Virus record (IMG/VR): IMGVR_UViG_3300032280_000442
Location: 128,001-192,000 of that record
Direction: 5' to 3' (one strand)
DNA length: 64,000 bases
Source of the DNA: a virus
Taxonomy: Duplodnaviria > Caudoviricetes
Positions 9,302 to 18,767 of this stretch are shown in pieces. Within the stretch, counting starts at the first letter, position 1, and every line of letters begins with the position of its first letter. Under the pieces are notes generated by a model. It saw only the letters and a program-made list of their open reading frames with translations, searched no databases and had not been told where the DNA came from. A program made the translations under genes and the position numbers.

Positions 9302-9332
9302 CAAAGATACGAATAAAATTATTATTATCAAA
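9302..9332 (-). promoter_or_regulatory. Bacteroidota sigma70 promoter TTTG-N19-TATCTTTG driving the primase operon
   Basis: TTTG (9332-9329), 19-nt spacer, TATCTTTG (9309-9302), just upstream of the primase ATG. Confidence 0.75.
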
Positions 9333-9384
9333 ACTTTATTAGTTTTTTAATCCTCTTATATTTATGATAATAACTTTTAAACAG

Positions 9385-9606
9385 ATGCCAACAAATATTA
9401 ACATCAATAACATATCAGGAGCAACACCCTTCAATCTTTATCTATGCGACCAAACAAACATTACTTGCATTTATATAGACACAATCCCATCATCGTCGTT
9501 ACCTTATAATTTTCAGGTCCCATCGATATTGGAATACAACCCATCTTATAATTTAAAAGTTGTTGATAATAATGGTTGTACATCAATCTTAAATATCTTA
9601 ATTTAA
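9385..9606 (+). CDS. small beta-rich module protein, paralog of the N-terminal domain of 11371..14259
   Basis: Likely start MPTNIN at 9385, downstream of TATTTAT (9359-9365). NISG..PFNLYLCD....C aligns with NISG...PYDIYVCD....C. Confidence 0.75.
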   Translation: MPTNININNISGATPFNLYLCDQTNITCIYIDTIPSSSLPYNFQVPSILEYNPSYNLKVVDNNGCTSILNILI

Positions 9607-9607
9607 T

Positions 9608-11359
9608 ATGCCTTGTAATTCTACATATTGTATAAAAAACACCGGATTAGTTGGTGCTGATGATAACTACATAACAGGTGGGACCTATAATGGTTACACA
9701 TATTGGACGGGCCAAACAAGTGGTTGGACTATATACCACACAACGGGAACAACAAATTATTGGTGCTTATCTAATACATTAGGAGGAACTTGTTATTTAA
9801 CAGGTAAATCACCTTGTACTAGTACTTGTCCTGACTTATCAAGTATCTATGTTTTTAGTGGAGCGTGTCCAACACCAACTCCAACACCAACACAGAATTG
9901 TGAAGTATTTGATTTTACCGCAATATTTAATTGTGATTTTATACCAACACCAACTCCAACACCAAGTGCTAGTCTAACACCAACACCTACGGTAACACCT
10001 TCATCGACTAATTTTTGTTCAATTATTGGTATTAGTGCTAGTGGATATACTTACACTTCAACACCCACACCTACACCTACGGTAACACCTACAATGTATG
10101 ATGAAAACACATTAAAAAAACTACCCTTTTATTCACCATTAATATCTCGTAATTGTCCGGTATTTGGGTTTGCAAATTTTTCAGCAATAACAGGACAAAT
10201 TATTTGTCCGGGAGCTTTAAAATTCCAAGATTGTTACGATACAGACCAATTTTACTATACTAATGATGTTACAGGATTGTTACCGGGTATTTATCTTGAA
10301 CAATACGCAATCTATTCCGCTATTGTAAATAATAACGGTGTTATTTCCACAAGATGTATCTCATATTTTGGTTATGATTATGACCACGGAAATATCAACA
10401 CTATACATATTACTAACTCAAATTCATATGGTCTATCTACTCAAGGAGCTTGTATACTTTGTGAAAGCGCTATTGTACCAACCCCAACACCTACTCACAC
10501 ACCAACAATGACTAAAACACCTACTTTAACACCTACACCAACGGTAACAACTACAACAACTACAACACCAACTTACACACCAACTCAAACTCCAACAAGA
10601 ACTATTGGTGCAACACCTTCGATGACACCTACTCAAACTACAACTCCAACAGTAACCACAACACCAACTAAAACACCAACGTTAACACCAACATCATCAA
10701 ATACTAATTTACCTTGTTTTGGTTACTTATATAACTTCTACTCTATTGAAGGTACAGGTACTCAATCTATAACAAGTAGTAATAGTTGGTCAGTTCCAAG
10801 TGCTACTGATTTCAATACATTATCTGTATCTGTTGGTGGTAACGCTAACTCACTAAAATTAGTTGATGTTACAACATATTGGAATTCACTCAATACCTCC
10901 GCAACTAATTCATCCGGATTTAACGGTATAGGTGGTGGAAACAGAAATATTACTAGTGGATTTTATGGACAAAAACTATTAAGTAGTTACATATCACGAA
11001 CTTCCTATTCATTAAATGAATGTGTTTATATGTCTTTAGGCACCAATAGTAATATTATACTTATTGGAGGTGCACCATCTAAAATTAACGGTTTTGCAAT
11101 TAGATTAGTTAAAAATTCAACAACATTAACACCAGGTCAAACAGGAACATATGTTGGTAATGATGGAAAAACATATAACACAATTTGTATTGGAACTCAA
11201 GAGTGGATGTCTCAAGATTTAAGGGAAACTTTATACAGAGGTTTAACTTCAATACCAAATGTTACAGACCAAACTTCTTGGTTTAATTTAACAACCGGAG
11301 CATATTGTATTTATAACAATAATCCATATTTTGTTGGTGGTTGTATTCCACCATCTTAA
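9608..11359 (+). CDS. putative virion appendage protein: Cys-rich domains, Thr-Pro linkers, circularly permuted FISUMP (Fib_succ_major) domain
   Basis: GYLYNFY, WSVPS, SGFNGIGGG.R and GFAIRLVK, followed by DGKTYNTICIGTQEWMSQDL. Confidence 0.8.
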   Translation: MPCNSTYCIKNTGLVGADDNYITGGTYNGYTYWTGQTSGWTIYHTTGTTNYWCLSNTLGGTCYLTGKSPCTSTCPDLSSIYVFSGACPTPTPTPTQNCEVFDFTAIFNCDFIPTPTPTPSASLTPTPTVTPSSTNFCSIIGISASGYTYTSTPTPTPTVTPTMYDENTLKKLPFYSPLISRNCPVFGFANFSAITGQIICPGALKFQDCYDTDQFYYTNDVTGLLPGIYLEQYAIYSAIVNNNGVISTRCISYFGYDYDHGNINTIHITNSNSYGLSTQGACILCESAIVPTPTPTHTPTMTKTPTLTPTPTVTTTTTTTPTYTPTQTPTRTIGATPSMTPTQTTTPTVTTTPTKTPTLTPTSSNTNLPCFGYLYNFYSIEGTGTQSITSSNSWSVPSATDFNTLSVSVGGNANSLKLVDVTTYWNSLNTSATNSSGFNGIGGGNRNITSGFYGQKLLSSYISRTSYSLNECVYMSLGTNSNIILIGGAPSKINGFAIRLVKNSTTLTPGQTGTYVGNDGKTYNTICIGTQEWMSQDLRETLYRGLTSIPNVTDQTSWFNLTTGAYCIYNNNPYFVGGCIPPS

Positions 11360-11370
11360 TAAATTAATAT

Positions 11371-14259
11371 ATGACATCAATAATTTTAACTAACATATCA
11401 GGTTTAACTTACCCATATGACATTTACGTATGTGATGTCTATGGTAATAATTGTGGTTATGTTTCACAAGTTATTTCATCAATTCCACCAACAATAGAAA
11501 TTGTTTTACCACCCCCATTTAATATGGCACCTGCGGTCGGTATTAAAATTATTACATCAGATAAATGTGAGAGATTTAGAGTTATTGATTGTATTAATGT
11601 TGTACCTGTTATCGTTGATTGTTCTAGTTATATTACTACAGGAGGTACGGATATATTTAAATACAATATTGACACTAATGCGTTAACCCTTCTAACGTTC
11701 CCATCATTACCATCAATTAGTGATATCGCGAACAATAGTAATAAATTTTGGATTACAGATGTTAATAACCCTCAAGAAATAACAGAGTATTACATTAACC
11801 CAACACCATTTGTTGCAATATTTAATAGAATACTATATCCGTCGAAACCTTTATTAGGATTATGTGTTAAAGATGATAATACTTTAATTTCAACAATAAC
11901 CGGAGCAACTGTCGGAGCATCCTATATTGTTGTTGAAGTAGATTTAACAACAACAATTCCAACAATCACTAATAAATTTTCATTACCGGGAACTGGTAGG
12001 ATACTTGGTGGTGATTTATATTATTTTCCAACTACAGGTAAATTATTTGTTGCAAATATTGGTTCAGGTAATACTTACTTAACTCAATATAATTATTCTA
12101 CCGGAACATTAGAATATGATACAATACTTAACCCATCAATTACAGGTGTTTATGGGTTGTCCTCAAAAAATAGTGACCTTTATCTTTTTGAATACTCGAC
12201 AGGGAAGGTATACCGTCTTGACAATATAACAATACCAACATTTACTTTAGTTCAAACAACAATTCCGGGTGTTGGCGCCGCATCATCAGATGTTAATTGT
12301 GTTATTTTTGCAACACCAACACCAACCCCAACAAATACAAATACTCCAACACCAACTCTAACACCAAACCTTTCACCATCAATAACACCAACAAACACTA
12401 CAACCCCGACATTAACACCAACAAATACGTCAACACCTACCTTGACACCAACAAACACTACAACCCCAACATTAACACCGACTAACACCACAACTCCAAC
12501 AAATACTATAACACCAACAAGAACTGTAACACCTACTATAACACCAACAAGAACTGTAACCCCTACTGTGACACCAACCAACACCATAACTTCTACCGTA
12601 ACACCAACATTAACCGTAACACCAACAGTAACACCAACAAATACTACAACACCTACCTTGACACCAACAAATACTACAACACCTACCTTGACACCAACAT
12701 CATCATCTGTTTGTTTATCTCCGGTTATCACTAATGTTACACCAATAAGTTCTAGTTTTTTATTAGTTTATTTTACACCGTCATCTAATTGTAATTCAAT
12801 ATTTTTACAATATTCGTATGATAATATCTATTGGTATTATGGTGCCGTAACTCCAAATGATTGTACATCACCATCCAGTTTTAATTCACTAACCACAACC
12901 AATACCGTATATGTTAAAATTGGTCAAGTATGTAGTGTTGGAGGTATTAGTGTATATTCTAATATTTTATCTTACACATTCCCAACCCCTACTCCTACAC
13001 CAACAAGTACTGTCACACCAACGTTGACTCCAACAAATACGCAAACAATAACACCAACAAGAACTGTAACTCCAACAACAACACCAACGTTATCCGCAAC
13101 ACCAACGTTGACACCAACAAATACGCAAACAATAACACCAACAAGAACTGTAACTCCAACAACAACACCAACAAATACGCAAACAATAACACCAACAAGA
13201 ACTGTAACTCCAACAACAACACCAACAAATACGCAAACAATAACACCAACAAGAACTGTAACACCAACTGTAACGCCTACTATAACACCGTCAATTACAC
13301 CTACTATGACTCCGACAAACACACCAACACCGACTGAAACTCAATCAATACTTTGTGAATGTTATACATTAACAAATATTAATACGGGTATGACATTTAT
13401 TGATTCTACAACTTTCCAATATATTGATTGTAGTGGTGTCACTCAAAATATCGCAGCAACTTTTGGAGGTTCAGTAGATGTTTGTTCACAAAATGTCCCT
13501 GTAAGAATCTTAGGTGACCCAGGAAGTGTTGGTCTGTCATCATTTAATTGTTGTGCGGTACCAATTTCATTAGGATATAGAGTGACAGATGCGACGTGTG
13601 TATCTTCTGGTTGGACCTTAGTTGACCTATGTGCAAATAATTCCACAACAAGTTTATGTGATGCAACAGTGTTATATCAATCGGATATTGATGGCAATTG
13701 TACCTTTGCCTCAGCATCTGCGGGTTATTATAAAACCACTGATAACATTAGTAGAAGATATTGGGATGGTCTAACATTCCCTGCCGCTTGTTATGGATGT
13801 GGTTGTCTTGTTTCCAATACAATAATAACATTATCGGATGGGTCTACCAAATTAATACAAGATATTCAAGTGAATGATGTACTTAAATCTATTGATGTGT
13901 CAGGAATGCCTCAACCTGCCGATGAGTGGTACTCTTGGAGTAGTAATACATTGAATTACGTTGATTCAACATCGACAGTAATTAATTTTACAACATACGA
14001 ATTTGATTCAGTTGTTAACATTAATAATAGTAGATTAATTGCTACTGATTCTCATAACCACGTTGTTAAACAAAATGGTGTTTGGTACATCAGAACAACG
14101 TCTGAATTAAATATTGGCGATATATTGTTAGATATAGATAATACCGAATTTGAAATCACATCATTAGTTACAATCACAGAACCAACAACAGTTTATGATA
14201 TTGACGTTAATAATAGTAACTTATATTTTGCGAATAATGTCTTAACTCACAATAAATAA
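11371..14259 (+). CDS. putative virion appendage protein: N-module, propeller-like region, two Thr-Pro stalks, C-terminal Hint domain
   Basis: Long TP repeats; Hint blocks CLVSNT, ATDSH, VYDIDV, VLTHN followed by K and stop. Confidence 0.85.
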   Translation: MTSIILTNISGLTYPYDIYVCDVYGNNCGYVSQVISSIPPTIEIVLPPPFNMAPAVGIKIITSDKCERFRVIDCINVVPVIVDCSSYITTGGTDIFKYNIDTNALTLLTFPSLPSISDIANNSNKFWITDVNNPQEITEYYINPTPFVAIFNRILYPSKPLLGLCVKDDNTLISTITGATVGASYIVVEVDLTTTIPTITNKFSLPGTGRILGGDLYYFPTTGKLFVANIGSGNTYLTQYNYSTGTLEYDTILNPSITGVYGLSSKNSDLYLFEYSTGKVYRLDNITIPTFTLVQTTIPGVGAASSDVNCVIFATPTPTPTNTNTPTPTLTPNLSPSITPTNTTTPTLTPTNTSTPTLTPTNTTTPTLTPTNTTTPTNTITPTRTVTPTITPTRTVTPTVTPTNTITSTVTPTLTVTPTVTPTNTTTPTLTPTNTTTPTLTPTSSSVCLSPVITNVTPISSSFLLVYFTPSSNCNSIFLQYSYDNIYWYYGAVTPNDCTSPSSFNSLTTTNTVYVKIGQVCSVGGISVYSNILSYTFPTPTPTPTSTVTPTLTPTNTQTITPTRTVTPTTTPTLSATPTLTPTNTQTITPTRTVTPTTTPTNTQTITPTRTVTPTTTPTNTQTITPTRTVTPTVTPTITPSITPTMTPTNTPTPTETQSILCECYTLTNINTGMTFIDSTTFQYIDCSGVTQNIAATFGGSVDVCSQNVPVRILGDPGSVGLSSFNCCAVPISLGYRVTDATCVSSGWTLVDLCANNSTTSLCDATVLYQSDIDGNCTFASASAGYYKTTDNISRRYWDGLTFPAACYGCGCLVSNTIITLSDGSTKLIQDIQVNDVLKSIDVSGMPQPADEWYSWSSNTLNYVDSTSTVINFTTYEFDSVVNINNSRLIATDSHNHVVKQNGVWYIRTTSELNIGDILLDIDNTEFEITSLVTITEPTTVYDIDVNNSNLYFANNVLTHNK
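12310..12700 (+). repeat. Thr-Pro coding repeat array 1, includes an exact 30-bp tandem duplication at 12631-12690
   Basis: acaccaacaaatactacaacacctaccttg x2 plus many degenerate ACACCAAC units. Confidence 0.9.
12982..13335 (+). repeat. Thr-Pro coding repeat array 2 with exact 54-bp units
   Basis: PTNTQTITPTRTVTPTTT unit at 13030-13083, 13114-13167, 13168-13221 and partially 13222-13262. Confidence 0.9.
13804..14253 (+). other. Hint (bacterial intein-like) domain, C812-N961
   Basis: Cys1, block B TxxH, block F VYD, terminal His-Asn; no endonuclease insert; the +1 residue is Lys, then stop. Confidence 0.85.
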
Positions 14260-14278
14260 TAACTTAGTATTATTATTT

Positions 14279-14461
14279 TTATAAAGTTTTGTCTTTAGGA
14301 TTTCTTCCTAAATTTTCGTATATCCTTAGAAGTTTTAAGGATTCGTAGTAATTTTTTTCCAATCTATCAAGTTCCTTCTCAGGAACACCTCTGTCACACG
14401 CCAATTCATAAGCCTCTTTTGCCTCTGTAACAACATTAGATATTGTATCAATCAGTTTCAT
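14279..14461 (-). CDS. small helical hypothetical protein on the opposite strand
   Basis: Likely start MKLIDT at 14461, 4 nt downstream of minus-strand TATTTAT (14472-14466). Confidence 0.65.
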   Translation of the reverse strand: MKLIDTISNVVTEAKEAYELACDRGVPEKELDRLEKNYYESLKLLRIYENLGRNPKDKTL

Positions 14462-14564
14462 ACTTATAAATATCGTCCAACTCACCATTTATTAACAACA
14501 AATGTCAATTATATTTTAATAAAATCAAACTTTAGATTATTTATAGTAAAATAAAATTCATATA

Positions 14565-15227
14565 ATGGCACAAATATATTATTTTAATCCGTGTTGCGGA
14601 GGTTTAGAACCATTTGGGATTCCAAATAATTCAATTCCATTCACAACTTTCCCTGGTTTTATCGATACAGTAGGAACTCAGTATGGTTTAGTTATTGGTT
14701 CATACTCAGGATGTGTAACATATAGTGGTGTTTCAACAACAGATTTAGGTTATGAAATAAAAAACTATGGTGATACACTTCCAACATTTTTATCATATGA
14801 TTGTGAGTTTTGTTTAGAATATATTTTTCCTTGTGTCGATACGCCTACAGTAACAACACCCATAATTATTGGGTATAAAAATGAATGTGGAATAATAACG
14901 ATTCTACCAATGCTTGTCGAATGTGAGATATCTCAACCAACATCTTCGGATTCTTTTGATGGTGAAGTTTCAGTATCAATAACAGGAGGTACACCTCCAT
15001 ATACAGTTACTTGGTCAAATAATGGTAACATATCACCCGCATTAGATGGTCAAGGCATTGGGTCATACACCGCAACAACAGTTGATTATTGGGGTGATTT
15101 TACCGCAGTAACAGTTTGTAATCTTTTTGCCGAAAAAAATTGTTCATTTAACGCAACCATTGTGGAACAAGATATTAATGATTGTTTACCAACCGCTATG
15201 TCCGGATACACATTTGATTTAACATAA
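14565..15227 (+). CDS. Cys-rich protein with one SprB-like repeat
   Basis: QPT..DGEVSVSITGGTPPYTVTWSN...GSYTATTVD. Confidence 0.78.
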   Translation: MAQIYYFNPCCGGLEPFGIPNNSIPFTTFPGFIDTVGTQYGLVIGSYSGCVTYSGVSTTDLGYEIKNYGDTLPTFLSYDCEFCLEYIFPCVDTPTVTTPIIIGYKNECGIITILPMLVECEISQPTSSDSFDGEVSVSITGGTPPYTVTWSNNGNISPALDGQGIGSYTATTVDYWGDFTAVTVCNLFAEKNCSFNATIVEQDINDCLPTAMSGYTFDLT

Positions 15228-15234
15228 AAAATAT

Positions 15235-17448
15235 ATGCCAGCAACATTTTCAGCATCAACCTGTATATCATCAAATAACACTTCACCGGGTCCATTTAAC
15301 ATTTATTTGGATAGCGACTACACATCTACACCATTTTCTTCAGCAACTCTTACACAATTAACGAGTTGCCCTTTTGTTATTATAGTCCCAACAGGAACAA
15401 CTAGTTTAGGATTTAAAGATACCCTTTTAGATTTTTGTTTTGAAACAACAATTCAAGATAATAACATCTGTAGTAATTGTAATTTAGGATTATCTAATTA
15501 TTCATCATCAACAATAACACAATTGTCTTGTGGTATTTTAACTGGTACTTGTTTAAATATTAATGATTATGTGATAAATTGGTATGGCCCAAATAATACA
15601 ACAACATTATCGTTTACTTCAGGTGCCGGTAGTTTTCTAACTACGGGTATGATTCCTCATCCTTTTTTAAATAATAATTCAATACCGTTACCTGAAGGTG
15701 TTTATACACCTGTTATTAGTAAAATTAAATTAAGTGGAATTACCTTTTCAAATACTGGTGGTACGGGTACAGTATTATTTAGTGGAAATTGTTTACCTTC
15801 AACAACTATACTACCATTATCGTGTAGTAACCAAACTAATCCTTCGAAATCTTTACCATATTCAGCATACAATCATTATATTTCTTACGAATTTCTTAAC
15901 GGAGATACACCAACACCTGTTAATTTAACGTATAAAGTTTCCGCAACTACACAATTTTTTGCTTGGAGATTTAAGGGGTCCAATAATCCGGATAGAATAA
16001 CTATTAAATTTAGTGGTAGCTCATATGGCACAAATATACTTGGGTTAGATGATTTTGTTGTCGGGAGTAATAATAATATAAACAATTTTAACTCAACAAT
16101 TTTTCCTAAATCAGCAAGTACACCTAATTTTTTTACTAAATTAACTTGTTTAACCGGGTTAACAGTAAATAATAATGATAATATTTTAATAACTATAACT
16201 CCCGGAACATCAGAAACTGTTTGGGAATTATATTCAACTTGTTTAACTAATTACGATTGTACGAGTTGTTTATTTACCAATCCGTATAAAATAATCGGTT
16301 CAACAATTACAGGTATAACCGGTAGTTGTTCCTCAAGAGTTAGATTTTCAATTTCAGGATGTAATAACTCATCTTATTTGTCAAGTGATTTATATAAATA
16401 TTATGTGGATGTTAACCAAACATCACCATTTCAATTCCCATTTAATGAAGTATCACCTAATTTTATTACTCTTGATGAGGTAGGGTCTAACCCTATTAAA
16501 TTTAATAGTGCAGAGTTCTATAATAATCAAAATTTTTGTAACCAAACAAATCTATTTAATTTAACAAGTAATTGTGCCACCGACACAAATAATGTTAGAT
16601 ATCAAAAAACATTTGTAGGTGGTGTTGGGTCTAAAGGTGTTTTAAATATCACAGGGTCTTCTACCGTAATATCAACATATTATAATAGTTGGAATTATGC
16701 TAAAACTAATTATTCCGGTAGCTCGTCCTCAACAAACGTGAACTATTATAGATATTTTTTAATTAAGATTCCTTCACAAACAAGCCCTAATAATTGTTTA
16801 GAAAATGTATCATCGGCCTCATTTAGTGTTCACCCATCCTCAACAGTATCGACAGGGTTAACTAGTAGTGGTAGTTATTATTTCAGACTAACGGCTGAAA
16901 CCATAACTAACAATTTTTCATCAACAACCACTTGTGACCTTAATTGTTTAAATTATAGTAACTTATATGTTAATAGTATTAACACCAATTCAACCGGAGG
17001 AACTTACGATAGAGAATTTATATACACACCAAATACAAATAATTTTGGGGTTTACTATACTAACCCTGTTTACGTAGGTTTTACAGTAGATATAACTAAT
17101 CAAACATTATCAGCACAAACTATTAGTGGTAGATTATATACCAACCAATGGACCACTAATACAATTCCGTATTCTGGTGTAAGTAATACATTAATACCTT
17201 CTTTTTCCGGAACATTGTGTAATTATAATACTTTAGGTGGTGTAATAATCTCTACACTTAATACTTTTTATAATAACTATAATTTTTATTATTATTTTAT
17301 TAGAACGTTTAATCTTACCGATTTTGAAATATGGTCAGCACCTACTATAAGTTATAGTGCCAACACTAACCCAAATAACGCAATTTTAGCATACAGATAT
17401 TCAGGTGGAAATGTTACATATTCATCATCAACATATATAATCGGATAA
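15235..17448 (+). CDS. Ser/Thr/Asn-rich putative virion fibre or decoration protein
   Basis: 737 aa, beta-rich, Cys pairs; N-module TSPGPFNIYL shared with the next gene. Confidence 0.78.
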   Translation: MPATFSASTCISSNNTSPGPFNIYLDSDYTSTPFSSATLTQLTSCPFVIIVPTGTTSLGFKDTLLDFCFETTIQDNNICSNCNLGLSNYSSSTITQLSCGILTGTCLNINDYVINWYGPNNTTTLSFTSGAGSFLTTGMIPHPFLNNNSIPLPEGVYTPVISKIKLSGITFSNTGGTGTVLFSGNCLPSTTILPLSCSNQTNPSKSLPYSAYNHYISYEFLNGDTPTPVNLTYKVSATTQFFAWRFKGSNNPDRITIKFSGSSYGTNILGLDDFVVGSNNNINNFNSTIFPKSASTPNFFTKLTCLTGLTVNNNDNILITITPGTSETVWELYSTCLTNYDCTSCLFTNPYKIIGSTITGITGSCSSRVRFSISGCNNSSYLSSDLYKYYVDVNQTSPFQFPFNEVSPNFITLDEVGSNPIKFNSAEFYNNQNFCNQTNLFNLTSNCATDTNNVRYQKTFVGGVGSKGVLNITGSSTVISTYYNSWNYAKTNYSGSSSSTNVNYYRYFLIKIPSQTSPNNCLENVSSASFSVHPSSTVSTGLTSSGSYYFRLTAETITNNFSSTTTCDLNCLNYSNLYVNSINTNSTGGTYDREFIYTPNTNNFGVYYTNPVYVGFTVDITNQTLSAQTISGRLYTNQWTTNTIPYSGVSNTLIPSFSGTLCNYNTLGGVIISTLNTFYNNYNFYYYFIRTFNLTDFEIWSAPTISYSANTNPNNAILAYRYSGGNVTYSSSTYIIG

Positions 17449-17450
17449 TT

Positions 17451-18740
17451 ATGAGTAAATATTATACAATAACACTATCATTTGGGACAACATCTCCAGG
17501 TCCTTACACAATTTATCTTAATCAGTCGCCACCAGCAGTAATCCCACCAAGATATCCTATAGGAGGTTTGGCGGAAAATATATCATTAGATACATTACTA
17601 GCCGGAATAACAGTTGAGGTACCGGATAACACTACATCCATTATTGTTTATAACACATATTGTGGAACTTCCTTGTTTTTAATACCACCTGTGACAATAA
17701 CATATTCCGATTTTTGTTTAACAATACGGCCAAATGGAAGACGTTCTTCAACAATTATACATTTCACTTATAGTAGTTTAGATTCAAATAATAAACCAAT
17801 TTGGTTGGGTGATGATTCACCCCAATCATCAATTAATTGGGTAAATGGTCAATGGTTATTGTCACCGAATGTTTACGATAACATAATATTTTCAACATCT
17901 CAAATAAACGCAACAACAACATACCCTACTAATTGGAATTCAGCAAATGCTAATGAAATTAACCCTATTGCAATATCATCAATTGTGATAAATGAAGGTA
18001 GTTGTGTCGAAACAAGAAAAGAATTACCTCCTGTAAGTGTTACTCAACCAACTTGTTTATGTGATGGTAGTATCATTTTTAATGTTCAATTAGATAATCC
18101 ACCATTTAATTATTCTATTGATAACGGTGTGACTTATTATTCATTCCCAATTTTTACAGACCTTTGTAGTGGAATATATAATCTATCAGTTGTTGATTCA
18201 TTAGGCGATACTTATTCAAGTTCAGTCACATTAGACAAACCAACACAAACAACCACATATAATTTATCACTTTTTACAACCAACACAACACCAGTTGTGA
18301 ATAACATATCATTAGTTAATTCTTATGAAACAACCGTTATTATAAACCCACCATTACCTGATGGAACAACAGTAACATTTGATATTATACATAACAATAG
18401 TTTCTATTCTTCACCAAATAGTGGAACATCAATATTAACAACATCAACAGTATTATCTAAAAATAGTACTACAATATCGTTAAGTAATACATCAAATTAT
18501 ACTAATGAATCTGTTAATACAATAACAAATTGTCAAAAAGAATATGTTTACCAATCAAATCTTGACGAGGTTTGGAATTCATTGACAATTACAAATAGTG
18601 ACACAATAACTATTAGTACAACATCAAGAGTTGATAAAACAACTTCAGGTGAATGTGTTGTTGGATATAGTATGGATAGTTACTCAATTAGTAATGCTGT
18701 TATCAGTGGATGCGATTGTTGCACAATAAAAATTAATTAA
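17451..18740 (+). CDS. putative virion protein with a SprB-like repeat
   Basis: N-module TSPGPYTIYL; QPTCLCDGSI...PPFNYSIDNG...FTDLCSGIYNLSVVD. Confidence 0.78.
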   Translation: MSKYYTITLSFGTTSPGPYTIYLNQSPPAVIPPRYPIGGLAENISLDTLLAGITVEVPDNTTSIIVYNTYCGTSLFLIPPVTITYSDFCLTIRPNGRRSSTIIHFTYSSLDSNNKPIWLGDDSPQSSINWVNGQWLLSPNVYDNIIFSTSQINATTTYPTNWNSANANEINPIAISSIVINEGSCVETRKELPPVSVTQPTCLCDGSIIFNVQLDNPPFNYSIDNGVTYYSFPIFTDLCSGIYNLSVVDSLGDTYSSSVTLDKPTQTTTYNLSLFTTNTTPVVNNISLVNSYETTVIINPPLPDGTTVTFDIIHNNSFYSSPNSGTSILTTSTVLSKNSTTISLSNTSNYTNESVNTITNCQKEYVYQSNLDEVWNSLTITNSDTITISTTSRVDKTTSGECVVGYSMDSYSISNAVISGCDCCTIKIN

Positions 18741-18767
18741 TAATAAAACACAGAATATTTATAAAGT

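Noticed and set aside
13030-13262. Possible CRISPR array
   Set aside because: Repeats are contiguous, in frame and coding, with no unique spacers and no cas operon.
12252-13322. Minus-strand Val/Gly-rich ORFs (12252..12731, 12972..13322, 13013..13267)
   Set aside because: Antisense shadows of the Thr-Pro codon repeats.
13804-14259. Canonical mobile intein
   Set aside because: No homing endonuclease, no Cys/Ser/Thr at +1 and essentially no C-extein.
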